Positions 29,670 to 38,595 of a stretch of DNA of 64,000 nucleotides are shown here, one piece after another. The notes below the pieces were generated by a model. It was not told where the DNA came from. It did not search any database and worked only from the letters and a program-made list of their open reading frames with translations. Source of the stretch: Candidatus Latescibacterota bacterium (GTDB lineage Bacteria > Latescibacterota > UBA2968 > UBA8231). Position numbers and translations under genes: made by a program. Within the stretch, counting starts at the first letter, position 1; the number at the start of each line of letters is the position of its first letter. The stretch spans positions 3,616,001 to 3,680,000 of the forward strand of contig OZ241867.1 in NCBI GenBank assembly GCA_965203175.1, in the 5' to 3' direction.

Positions 29670-30446
29670 ATGAAGGCATTCGATGGGCGCTTTGCCGCGC
29701 TGCAAATTACCGGTAAACGGGACTATCAAGAGGATAGTTTTGGCCTGTTAGATGAGCGCGATCTCGGCCTAGATGACAGCGAACACGCCGTGTTGTTGGT
29801 CGCCGATGGCATGGGTGGCCATGTGGGTGGTGCGATTGCTAGTGATCTTTTGTGCAAGACGTTTGTCGAGGTGTATCCGCGTTTTTCCGGTCCCATCGTC
29901 GATCGTCTGCGGGCTTGTCTTGACAAGGCCAATGGTGCTATCACCGCGGCCGTCGACGAAAATCCCGCACTCGACAGCATGGGTTCGACCTTGGTCGCGG
30001 CTGTTGTTGCAAGCGAAGGGCTGCACTGGATTAGCGTGGGCGATTCTCCGTTGTGGTTGTTCCACGAAGGGCAATTAGAGCGGTTGAATGCTGATCATTC
30101 TATGACGCCGGTGCTAGCCGAACTCGCGGCGGCGGGGCGCATGACTGCCGAGGACGCGGCGCGGCACCCAAGTCAGCATTCGCTGCGCTCGGTGGTCATG
30201 GGCGATGAGATGCCCTTGATCGATGTGTCGTCGCAGCCAGTTGCGCTGGAGCAAGGCGACCGGGTGGTATTGGCGAGCGATGGTTTGCTGGCCTTAGACG
30301 AGCAAGAGATCGCGGAGATCCTCAAGAAAACGCGCGATGCGCCATTGGAGGATAGCGCCGTGGCTCTTATCCAAGCTGTGGAAGGAGCTGAACATCCCTA
30401 TCAGGACAATGTGACTGTCTTGTTGTACGCTCCAATAGCCGATTAG
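29670..30446 (+). CDS. PP2C-family Ser/Thr protein phosphatase
   Basis: GKRDYQED, VADGMGGH, SVGDS, LNADHS, LASDGL, QDNVT. Confidence 0.93.
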   Translation: MKAFDGRFAALQITGKRDYQEDSFGLLDERDLGLDDSEHAVLLVADGMGGHVGGAIASDLLCKTFVEVYPRFSGPIVDRLRACLDKANGAITAAVDENPALDSMGSTLVAAVVASEGLHWISVGDSPLWLFHEGQLERLNADHSMTPVLAELAAAGRMTAEDAARHPSQHSLRSVVMGDEMPLIDVSSQPVALEQGDRVVLASDGLLALDEQEIAEILKKTRDAPLEDSAVALIQAVEGAEHPYQDNVTVLLYAPIAD

Positions 30447-30498
30447 ATATAAAATTCAGAGCAAAAATCACTCGACAACAATGAAAAAAGGAGAAGCT

Positions 30499-31344
30499 AT
30501 GTTTCGCTCGCTATCACCGGGGGCTGTCGGCGCAAGCGTAGAAAATCTCGCAGACGGGCTTGATTTGGCCGCGCGGCACGGGTTCGCTGGGTATCACTTT
30601 AACATTGGCGAAGTCGCGGCTATGGGCGCGGAAGAGGCGCTCGCGTTGGCCGAGCGCAAGGGCGTTCGTCTGTCGGCGTGGGGATTTCCCGTTGATTTTC
30701 GGGGGGAGGAGGATGCATATCAAGCGAGTTTGGCGCAGTTGCCGGAGTTGGCAAAGGTGGCGGCGGCGTTGGGGGTGCAGCGGACGGCGACTTGGCTTAT
30801 GCCGACCTCGGACGAGTTGACGTACCAAGAGAACTTTGCCTTTCACGTCGAGCGGCTGCGGCCGGCTGCGGTGGTGCTCGCCGAGGAAGGTGTGCGGTTG
30901 GGGTTGGAATACGTCGCGCCGAAAACGCTGTGGTCGAGCAAGCAGTACGAGTTTGTCCACACCATGGAGCAAATGGAGGAATTGTGCCAAGCCGTAGGCG
31001 AGAATGTGGGCTTTCTGCTCGATAGCTGGCATTGGTACACGGCCCACGAGACGGCTGAGGATGTGCGCCGCTTGCGCCCCCAGCAAGTGGTGGATGTACA
31101 CGTCAACGACGCACCGGCTGGCGTGGAGATTGACGACCAGCTCGACAATGTGCGCGACTTGCCTGGGGCGACCGGTGTAATCGACATCGCGACATTCCTC
31201 AGCGCCTTGCAGCACATTGGCTACGACGGGCCGGTCATGGTCGAGCCGTTCAGCGAGCGAGTGCGCGCCATGGAGCGGGAGGAGGCCGTGGCGGCTACGG
31301 CTGCCGCGCTGGGCCGCGTGTGGGAGCAAGCCGGACTCAGGTGA
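30499..31344 (+). CDS. Sugar phosphate isomerase/epimerase family protein
   Basis: LGLEY, LLDSWHWY, VHVND, LPGATG, VEPF; AGGAG RBS before ATG 30499. Confidence 0.88.
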   Translation: MFRSLSPGAVGASVENLADGLDLAARHGFAGYHFNIGEVAAMGAEEALALAERKGVRLSAWGFPVDFRGEEDAYQASLAQLPELAKVAAALGVQRTATWLMPTSDELTYQENFAFHVERLRPAAVVLAEEGVRLGLEYVAPKTLWSSKQYEFVHTMEQMEELCQAVGENVGFLLDSWHWYTAHETAEDVRRLRPQQVVDVHVNDAPAGVEIDDQLDNVRDLPGATGVIDIATFLSALQHIGYDGPVMVEPFSERVRAMEREEAVAATAAALGRVWEQAGLR

Positions 31345-31345
31345 C

Positions 31346-33097
31346 GTGGAAACCCGCACTATTGAATGCGACATTTTGGTCTTGGGCGGCGGCTTGGGCG
31401 GTGTGGCCGCGGCCGTGCGCGCCGCCCGCTTGGGCTATCGAGTCTGCCTGACCGAAGAAAATCTGTGGATCGGCGGCCAAGCCACTAGCCAAGGCGTCTC
31501 CGCCTTAGACGAGCATCCGCACATAGAGCACTTTGGCGGCACGGAGCTCTACGGCGAATTCCGCGCTGGCATCCGCGCGTTCTATCGCCGCAAATACAAG
31601 CTGAAAAACCCAGACGACCCGCACTTCAATCCCGGGGCCGGTTGGGTCTCTGCATTGTGCTTTGAGCCGCGAGCCGGGCTAACGGCCTTGCTGTCCTTGG
31701 TTGTACCCCAAGTCGAGGCCGGTCGCCTGATGCTGTTTTACCGTGCCCGCGCATCTGCCGCCCATGTCCAAGGCCAGTCCATCCGCACCGTAGATGTCGT
31801 CCAAGACGGCGGCACGCACATCTTGCGCTTTGCCCCGGCGTACGTGCTCGACGCCACAGAGCTGGGCGACCTGCTGCCCCTGCTGCCCGTCCCCTACGTC
31901 TCTGGCGCTGAAAGCCGCGACCAGACCGGCGAGCCGCACGCCCGCGCCGAAGGCCCCGCTCCGCATCTAACCCAGTCTTTTACCTGCCCGTTTGCGGTCG
32001 ATTTCTGCCCTGGTCAAGATCACACTATTCCTCGTCCGCCGAACTACGAGCGCCACCGCGACCAGCAGCCCTACACCTTGACCTTGCAGTACGCCCGCGG
32101 CCTGCGCACGTACCGATTCTTCGAGACTGCTGGTGACTTGCCCGGCTCCTTTTGGGCCTACCGCCGCCTATTGTGCGCCGATCAATTCGTCGAGGGACAG
32201 GTGCTTGGAGATGTGGCGTTGATCAACTGGCAGGGTAATGACTACACCGGCGGCACCCTCATCGACGTGCCGCCCGCCGAGCAAGCGCAGCAGATAGCCG
32301 CGGCCAAGGAACTGAGCTTGGGATTGTTGTACTGGCTACAAACTGAGGTGCCGCGCGACGATGGCGGTCGCGGTTATCCCGAACTGCGACTGCGTCCCGA
32401 CATCATGGGGACTGCCGACGGCTTCTCCCAGTACCCGTACATCCGCGAGTCTCGGCGCATCGAAGCGCGCAAGACCATTGTCGAGCAAGAGGTCGCCGCT
32501 GCGCACCAGCCCAATGCGCGCGCCGCTCCTTTTAGCGACAGCGTTGGCGTAGGCTGGTACGCCATCGACATCCACGGCCAAGCCACTGACGTGGTGTACA
32601 CTGCGCCCACTAAGCCCTTCCAGATCCCGTTGGGTGCGCTCGTGTCGCGGCACTTGGACAACTTGCTGGCGGCCTGCAAGAACATCGGCACCACGCACAT
32701 CACCAATGGCTGCTACCGCCTGCATCCCGTGGAGTGGAATAGCGGCGAGGCTGCTGGTGCGTTGGCTGCTTTTTGCTTGGGCCAGCAACGGATTCCAGCG
32801 GATGTGTGCAGCAGCGCGGCTTTGCTGCGCCAGTACCAGCAGACTTTGCTGGCGGCTGGTGTGCCGCTGTATTGGTATGAGGACGTGCCGCCTGGGCATC
32901 CGGCCTTTGCGGCCGTGCAGATGATGGCCGTGGAGGGGATATGGCCGGGCTGCGCCGATCATTTGCGCTTTGAGCCAGACGCCTTGGTTGACGAATCTGA
33001 TGAGCGCCTGCGGGCTGCGGGCCTGTCGCCGGATCTTGTAGGACGCGATCCCATAAGGCGCGGGGATTTGGCGCGCCGGATGGCTCAGCATTTGTAA
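31346..33097 (+). CDS. FAD-dependent oxidoreductase (FAD_oxidored type)
   Basis: GGGLGGVAAA, GGQATSQGV, DATELGDL, PYIRESRR, YRLHPVEW; probable GTG start at 31346. Confidence 0.9.
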   Translation: METRTIECDILVLGGGLGGVAAAVRAARLGYRVCLTEENLWIGGQATSQGVSALDEHPHIEHFGGTELYGEFRAGIRAFYRRKYKLKNPDDPHFNPGAGWVSALCFEPRAGLTALLSLVVPQVEAGRLMLFYRARASAAHVQGQSIRTVDVVQDGGTHILRFAPAYVLDATELGDLLPLLPVPYVSGAESRDQTGEPHARAEGPAPHLTQSFTCPFAVDFCPGQDHTIPRPPNYERHRDQQPYTLTLQYARGLRTYRFFETAGDLPGSFWAYRRLLCADQFVEGQVLGDVALINWQGNDYTGGTLIDVPPAEQAQQIAAAKELSLGLLYWLQTEVPRDDGGRGYPELRLRPDIMGTADGFSQYPYIRESRRIEARKTIVEQEVAAAHQPNARAAPFSDSVGVGWYAIDIHGQATDVVYTAPTKPFQIPLGALVSRHLDNLLAACKNIGTTHITNGCYRLHPVEWNSGEAAGALAAFCLGQQRIPADVCSSAALLRQYQQTLLAAGVPLYWYEDVPPGHPAFAAVQMMAVEGIWPGCADHLRFEPDALVDESDERLRAAGLSPDLVGRDPIRRGDLARRMAQHL

Positions 33098-33129
33098 AGG
33101 ATAATCCGATGGCGTAGATTTGGGAGTGA

Positions 33130-33205
<76 letters not shown>

Positions 33206-33364
33206 ATAAAAACAAGGGGTTATGACAGACACGCCATAGCGACGCAAAGCTCGTATCAGCAATATGTCGGCAGTAAGTAGAAGAAACCCAATGCTACGTA
33301 TGCTGTTGAAGCTGTTGTCGCTATTTGGTCGTGGGCTTCTTTGAAATCTGAGAGGACTGAAAAC

Positions 33365-33402
33365 CCCCCGTGCCGGGAGATTTGGCACGGGGGATTTTCT
33401 TT
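33365..33402 (+). terminator. Rho-independent terminator
   Basis: CCCCCGTGCC-9 nt-GGCACGGGGG followed by ATTTTCTTT. Confidence 0.7.
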
Positions 33403-33505
33403 AAAATAGCCCTCGGCAAAAAATAATTGAATAAAATCATAATAAAAATCACGAAATAAAACGTGTAGATCACGTAAATATCACACACAAGCCTTATAGA
33501 GGTAT

Positions 33506-33955
33506 GTGACCGGTGATGGTGAATTGGCTCCGCCAATAGAAATTTTCTGGCACAGGGACTTTGCCGACCTTTGGAATAGAGACGAGCCACGGCCAGATGG
33601 ATTGACCAGAATAGGCTCCCATTTCTATTATCTGCCGTGGAATATCAACCTAGAGGAATTGGAGGCTCTAGGTGAAATGCCCCAGGACGACCGAGTGCTT
33701 TTGCTGCCTGCATTTGCCGAGGGGTATTCGGCGTTCTTGGGCTTGGAAGATTCATCGCTGGATGATCCGTCGGCTTCAACCGATCCAAACGGTCTACTTT
33801 CCACTAAAACCCCTACCATCTGGATGGACTGGCATGTGCTCTCTCGGCTTTTTCGTCAGTCCGATCTAGACCCATGGGATACTAGGCACACTAAACGGTG
33901 CGATGGCCCCAATGGAGAGCAATACATCGGAGTACGCTACAAGTACTTCCAGTAG
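33506..33955 (+). CDS. Hypothetical protein
   Basis: GAGGT RBS before GTG, 149 aa, followed by its own terminator; no recognisable motif. Confidence 0.55.
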   Translation: MTGDGELAPPIEIFWHRDFADLWNRDEPRPDGLTRIGSHFYYLPWNINLEELEALGEMPQDDRVLLLPAFAEGYSAFLGLEDSSLDDPSASTDPNGLLSTKTPTIWMDWHVLSRLFRQSDLDPWDTRHTKRCDGPNGEQYIGVRYKYFQ

Positions 33956-33976
33956 CCCAAGCACCACGTAACATGC

Positions 33977-34019
33977 GAAAGAGCCTGGCATCATGTTGAT
34001 GTTGGGCTCTTTCTTTTTT
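33977..34019 (+). terminator. Rho-independent terminator
   Basis: GAAAGAGCCTGGCATC-loop-GATGTTGGGCTCTTTC then T tract. Confidence 0.7.
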
Positions 34020-34139
34020 AGCCTCCATCGCTGGTATAACTATATAGAACATCTAATTGGCAGCTAGCCATTTTTGCATTCACCTTTCAGGAGCAATATC
34101 ATGTCTGATCCTTGCTGCACTAAGCAAAAGCAATCAAGA

Positions 34140-36521
34140 CTACTCACCTTTCGGCATCCGGTAGCCGACGCGAGACTCGGTAAAGATATAGGTGGGGCTG
34201 ATCGCGTCGTCGTCCAGCTTGAGGCGGAGCTTTCTGATGAGCGTGCGGATCACCCGCACATCTCTAGCGTCGGCCGGGTCCCATACCCTGCGCAACAACT
34301 GGTCGTAGGTCACCACCCGTCCGGCGTTGACCGACAACTCGCAGAGCAGTTTGTATTCGGTGGCGGTCAGCTTCACCGGCTGGTTGGCCACCGTCACGCG
34401 GCGTTCGACGTAGTCAATAGTCAGGTCTCCCAGCACGTAGGGTTCCGACGGCCCGGCCCCGTATGGCTCTGCCTGCCTGCGCAGGGCCGCCCTAACTCGC
34501 GCCACCAGTTCCGTCGGCGAGAAGGGCTTGACGATGTAGTCGGTAGCTCCATTCTCGAAGGCCTGGGCGATGATTTGGTCTTTGCCGTACGCGGAGACGA
34601 AGATGACCGGCACGTCGGCTATACGGAGGATGTCCTTCATCAGCTCGATGCCGTTGGAGTCGGGCAGTACTAGGTCGAGCAAGACTAGGTGGGGCTTTTT
34701 CTCCTCCGCGAGGAGGAGCACCTCCTCTGGGTTCGGGGTCACTGTTGGCGCGAAGCCCGCCTTTGAGAGCGCGGCCCGGATATACTTCAGTGCCTGCGGA
34801 TCGTCGTCCACCACCAAAATGCGGACCTCCTCGCTCTTTTTCCGCTTCCGCCGCGAGTGGGTAGCGCGTCGAGGGGACGGGGTTGTTGCGCCGCTCCCGG
34901 TCTCTTCGACCACCGGTATGGTGAAGGTGAACCGTGCGCCTTGGCCCGGCCCGTCGCTCTCAGCCCAGATGCGGCCACCGTGCGCCTCCACAATCCCCTT
35001 GCAGATGGCAAGGCCAAGACCCGCGCCACCGATTTCGCTTTCCGCGTCCTCGTCGGTGCGGGAAAACTTCCTAAACAGGTGCGGCAACCGCTCGGCAGAT
35101 ATCCCGGTGCCCTCGTCGGCGACGGAGACCGCCACGTGAAGGTCCTCCTGCACGGCGGTCAATCTGATGACGGACGACTCCAGCGAGTGCCTTGCTGCGT
35201 TGGACAGGAGGTTGCCTAGAACTTGGACGATGCGCTGTCGGTCTGCCATAACCGGAGGCAGGTCCGGCGTAAGGTCAAAGTCGAGGTTGTGCCTTCCGCC
35301 ACCGCTCAGGAAGGTGTTCCTAGCCCGGTCCACCAGGGTGGCGACCTCGGCTGGTTCGAGACTAACTGGCAGCGTGCCCGTCTCAATGCGCGCCACGTCG
35401 AGTAGACTGGCAATCAGCTTGCGCATGTGGTCGACCTGATTGACGATGATTTGGTGGAACTGGCGCAGCTCAGCGGGATCTAAGTCGGATGAGTCGTCCA
35501 GCAGGGTCATTGCGGAGCCTTTAATAGAGGTCAGTGGAACGCGCAACTCGTGGCTGACCATACCTAGGAGATCGGCCCGCAGCCGCTCCAGCTCCTCCAG
35601 CGGCGTCATGTCCTGTAGCGTGATGACGACCGACTCGATCTCGCCGTCCTGCGAACGGATGGGCGTGGCGTTGACCACCGTGGTCACCGACCGGCCATCG
35701 GGGTTCTGCACGACGATCTCCTCAGCGCGGACGGTCTCGCCGGTGCTCAACACCTGCTCGAGGGGGAACTCGTTCAGAGCGATCTCGCGCCCATCGGCAC
35801 GCCGGACGGTGACCACATCGGCGAGTTGCTCTACGGGGGATCCCGGCGTCTGTAGCTCTCCCATAATCCTTCTGGCCTCCCGGTTGAAGGACACCGGCAC
35901 GCCGGTCCGAGCGTCGAAGACCACCACGCCCACCGGCGAGGTGTTGATCAGGGTTTCGAGGTCGGCTCTGGCTCGCTGCTCGTCGCGGTGCCTACGGGCG
36001 TTGCCGATGACTAGGGTCGCTTGGGACGCGAACATGACCAAGGTATCCTCGTCTTCGCGGGAGAACTCCTGTCCAGGTTTGCTCTTTCCCAGGTAAATAT
36101 TGCCCACATTCTCGCCCCGGTGGCGAATCGGAGCCCCTAGGTAGGCGTGTATCTGAACGGGCAGGCGGGACTCGGGCAGGTCCTGCGATCTAGTGTGGCT
36201 GGCAAAGTCCGGGACTCTCAGCGGACCTGGAATAGTAGTTAGGTATTCGAAGATCTTCAGCGCCTCGGGCATCGCAAATAGCTGTTGGATATCCTCGTCC
36301 GTCAGACCGGACGCCAAAAAGTCTTCCACCTGACCTTCATCATCCAGGGTGACAATCACGCCGTACTGAGCGTCGGTTAGCGATTGGGCACTATCCAAAA
36401 TCTCCTGCCATACCGTGTCGAGGTCGAGGCTCTCGTTGATGCGCAGGCTGGCCTCGCTCAGCTTGGAGAGGCGGTTGCGCGGCGTCTCTCCCTGTTGGTC
36501 ACGCTCGTCGGTGTTTTTCAA
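34140..36521 (-). CDS. Cytoplasmic hybrid sensor kinase-response regulator (GAF-PAS-HisKA-HATPase-REC-winged helix)
   Basis: GAF (YLGAPIRHRG), PAS, SHELRVPLTSI H-box, NLLSNA, DEGTG, GLGL, ILVVDDD...LLDL receiver, LTATEYKLL OmpR-type wHTH; TTG start after GGAGG. Confidence 0.92.
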   Translation of the reverse strand: MKNTDERDQQGETPRNRLSKLSEASLRINESLDLDTVWQEILDSAQSLTDAQYGVIVTLDDEGQVEDFLASGLTDEDIQQLFAMPEALKIFEYLTTIPGPLRVPDFASHTRSQDLPESRLPVQIHAYLGAPIRHRGENVGNIYLGKSKPGQEFSREDEDTLVMFASQATLVIGNARRHRDEQRARADLETLINTSPVGVVVFDARTGVPVSFNREARRIMGELQTPGSPVEQLADVVTVRRADGREIALNEFPLEQVLSTGETVRAEEIVVQNPDGRSVTTVVNATPIRSQDGEIESVVITLQDMTPLEELERLRADLLGMVSHELRVPLTSIKGSAMTLLDDSSDLDPAELRQFHQIIVNQVDHMRKLIASLLDVARIETGTLPVSLEPAEVATLVDRARNTFLSGGGRHNLDFDLTPDLPPVMADRQRIVQVLGNLLSNAARHSLESSVIRLTAVQEDLHVAVSVADEGTGISAERLPHLFRKFSRTDEDAESEIGGAGLGLAICKGIVEAHGGRIWAESDGPGQGARFTFTIPVVEETGSGATTPSPRRATHSRRKRKKSEEVRILVVDDDPQALKYIRAALSKAGFAPTVTPNPEEVLLLAEEKKPHLVLLDLVLPDSNGIELMKDILRIADVPVIFVSAYGKDQIIAQAFENGATDYIVKPFSPTELVARVRAALRRQAEPYGAGPSEPYVLGDLTIDYVERRVTVANQPVKLTATEYKLLCELSVNAGRVVTYDQLLRRVWDPADARDVRVIRTLIRKLRLKLDDDAISPTYIFTESRVGYRMPKGE

Positions 36522-36766
36522 TTGATTACCTCCATCAGGATGTGAGATACCCGTGGTTGTCGTCGGGCGTCGCTTAATGATACAACGGGATTTGAGGCGC
36601 AGTAGGCCTAAAGGGGGCAATTATACTATAATTGGGCAAAAAATCATAATAAAATCACGAAAAAGAGCTTGCAAATTACTTGTAGATCATACCTGGGCCT
36701 TATTTATTATAAAGCATAAGGCTGTGAAATTCTTAGGTCACTATATTCCCCAAAGGAGTAGTAAAC

Positions 36767-37330
36767 ATGGAAGACTACTTTGAAGAATCTTACGATAAGG
36801 TATTCCATCACGAGGGCGGCTTTGTCGACGACCCGGACGACCGCGGTGGGATGACCTTCATGGGGATCTCGCGCAGGTTCTGGCCCGACGAATCGCTTTG
36901 GGAAGCTATCGACGAGGCTCTTGACGCAGGGGAGAACCCCAATGAATTGATCGACCGGATGCGACCGCTTGTAGGCGACTTCTACCGCAGAGAGTTTTGG
37001 AACAAAGGGCTATGCGACCAGATCGGTCACCAAGAGTTGGCCAGCTCCCACTTTGATTTTTTTGTTAATGCCGGCGCACAAAATGCTTTTCGCGCCCTGC
37101 AAGTGGTGGCCAATGCCGTCGGCGGCCAGGACATCGACGAGGATGGGCTCGTGGGGCCGGCCACGCGGGCGGCAGTGGACAAGCTCAACGGCCTCGATGA
37201 GCAGGGATTTGAAAGGGCACTGCTTGTATACAATGCCTGTCGGACGATCCACTACGTCACCCTCGCCCGCAAAGACGCCTCGCAACGCAAATTCATAAAT
37301 GGTTGGTTGAACCGCGTCTTAACCTCCTGA
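36767..37330 (+). CDS. Glycoside hydrolase family 108 lysozyme with peptidoglycan-binding region
   Basis: HEGGFVDDPDDRGGMTFMGI, FDFFVNAG, DGLVGPAT, KFINGWLNR; AAGGAG RBS. Confidence 0.92.
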   Translation: MEDYFEESYDKVFHHEGGFVDDPDDRGGMTFMGISRRFWPDESLWEAIDEALDAGENPNELIDRMRPLVGDFYRREFWNKGLCDQIGHQELASSHFDFFVNAGAQNAFRALQVVANAVGGQDIDEDGLVGPATRAAVDKLNGLDEQGFERALLVYNACRTIHYVTLARKDASQRKFINGWLNRVLTS

Positions 37331-37360
37331 CGGAACAACCAAAAAAGGAGATCTGACGCT

Positions 37361-37549
37361 ATGGAATGGATTATGTTCGTCTTACTCGTCGTCCTGCTCT
37401 CGTTTTTCTGGCATGACCTGCGCTCGCAACTTCGCGTCCATCACCACGGAATAAATACACGCCTTGACGCCCTGAGCACGCGGCTTAGTGCCGTCGAGGA
37501 GCACTTGACGCGGATCGAGGCCTTGTTGGATTTCGATGATGAGATATAG
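37361..37549 (+). CDS. Small membrane protein, one TM helix plus coiled coil (holin/spanin/XhlA-like)
   Basis: AAGGAG RBS; MEWIMFVLLVVLLSFFW TM followed by RLDALSTRLSAVEEHLTRIEALL heptads. Confidence 0.65.
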   Translation: MEWIMFVLLVVLLSFFWHDLRSQLRVHHHGINTRLDALSTRLSAVEEHLTRIEALLDFDDEI

Positions 37550-37697
37550 TCGCTCCCATAGGTTTATTCACGCCGCCGGATTGGCTTGCGCGCTGGTGGT
37601 CGCTGGTTGCGGCCCACGGATCGCGTTTGTCCCCACACACGAGCGATCCTATGACTCATGGGACGGAACCTGGAACCTTCGATATTTCACAAGGTAA
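37536..37697 (+). CDS. Small lipoprotein (53 aa), absent from the ORF track
   Basis: MMRYSRSHRFIHAAGLACALVVAGCGPRIAFVPTHERSYDSWDGTWNLRYFTR; lipobox VAGC; overlaps the previous stop; TAA directly precedes the terminator. Confidence 0.6.
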   Translation: MMRYSRSHRFIHAAGLACALVVAGCGPRIAFVPTHERSYDSWDGTWNLRYFTR

Positions 37698-37727
37698 CCC
37701 CCGTGCCAACTCCCCGGGCACGGGGGT
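37697..37727. terminator. Hairpin between convergent genes
   Basis: ACCCCCGTGCC-9 nt-GGCACGGGGGT. Confidence 0.7.
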
Positions 37728-37755
37728 CTTAATTTCACAGTAGCCCATTACCGTC

Positions 37756-38580
37756 TTATTGCCTACAATCCACAGTCAGAGCAATCAGGGCAGCCTGTTC
37801 GGCTGTTTTTGAGACTGCCTCCAAGCTCCAATAAAGATTGCTCGTGTAGTAACTCGTATTCAATGCGGTCCGAAGCACATTATAGCGAGCCGCCTGATCT
37901 AAGCGGCCAGCTAGTCCGTACGCGAAGCCGAAAAATTGCGAGGACGGCATTGGGGCACACATTTCGAGATACGCATCAGAGAAGGCCAAGATAGCAGCCC
38001 GGTATCCAACGGAAGCATCGGGTGCATCCAAAGACAAAATGGCGTCGTTGTAGAAAGCGCAGTTAGCCTCGTGCGCGGCAGCGGCGGCTTGTTTGGTTAT
38101 CTCTTTTCCCGCCGCGTTAAATCGATCCCAAGCTGGGTAATACTCGTTGCCCCAGATGGCTATTTCCGCTGCGGTTAGACGGTGCATAACACCGGCGGCG
38201 TTAAAAAGGTATTTACCGCCTGCAAAAGCGCCGCTCAACGCGGTTTCGTCAATGGGAGTGCCTACTGTGTAGAAAGCCTGTTTGGCATCCATGTATTGAT
38301 CGAAAGCCGCCGCGGCCTCGGGGCCGAAGGTGGTGTGCAAAGAGGCAAAGAGCGAGTCATAGGTAGCATAGGCGACCGAATCGACGACGGCCATAGCAAT
38401 GGAATCGGCAAAGGTATCGGCAACGACTCCGGCTTCCTTGAGATTTTGATAGGCGCTTGATGCGTCACGGGCGGCCAAGGCGGCGATTTCCTCGGTGGTA
38501 CAGTCGGTCGCATGGCCCTGCGCGGTGTTCGCGCGATTAGCACACGCAACAAAAGCGATGAGTAGAACAAAGCGAATCAT
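37756..38580 (-). CDS. Exported/lipoprotein hypothetical, Ala-rich and helical
   Basis: MIRFVLLIAFVAC signal/lipobox-like start, GAGGG RBS; lower GC than the upstream operon. Confidence 0.65.
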   Translation of the reverse strand: MIRFVLLIAFVACANRANTAQGHATDCTTEEIAALAARDASSAYQNLKEAGVVADTFADSIAMAVVDSVAYATYDSLFASLHTTFGPEAAAAFDQYMDAKQAFYTVGTPIDETALSGAFAGGKYLFNAAGVMHRLTAAEIAIWGNEYYPAWDRFNAAGKEITKQAAAAAHEANCAFYNDAILSLDAPDASVGYRAAILAFSDAYLEMCAPMPSSQFFGFAYGLAGRLDQAARYNVLRTALNTSYYTSNLYWSLEAVSKTAEQAALIALTVDCRQ

Positions 38581-38595
38581 CTAACAGACCCCTCA

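Larger units (their letters stand above)
33206..38580. mobile_element. Decayed tRNA-anchored genomic island / prophage remnant (right boundary uncertain)
   Basis: GC drop right after the tRNA, IHF-like AAACAAGGGGTTA, phage-type lysozyme cassette and orphan ORFs; no integrase and no tRNA 3' duplicate seen. Confidence 0.55.

Noticed and set aside
33206-38580. Intact prophage or ICE
   Set aside because: No integrase, terminase, structural or conjugation genes, and no second att copy found by eye
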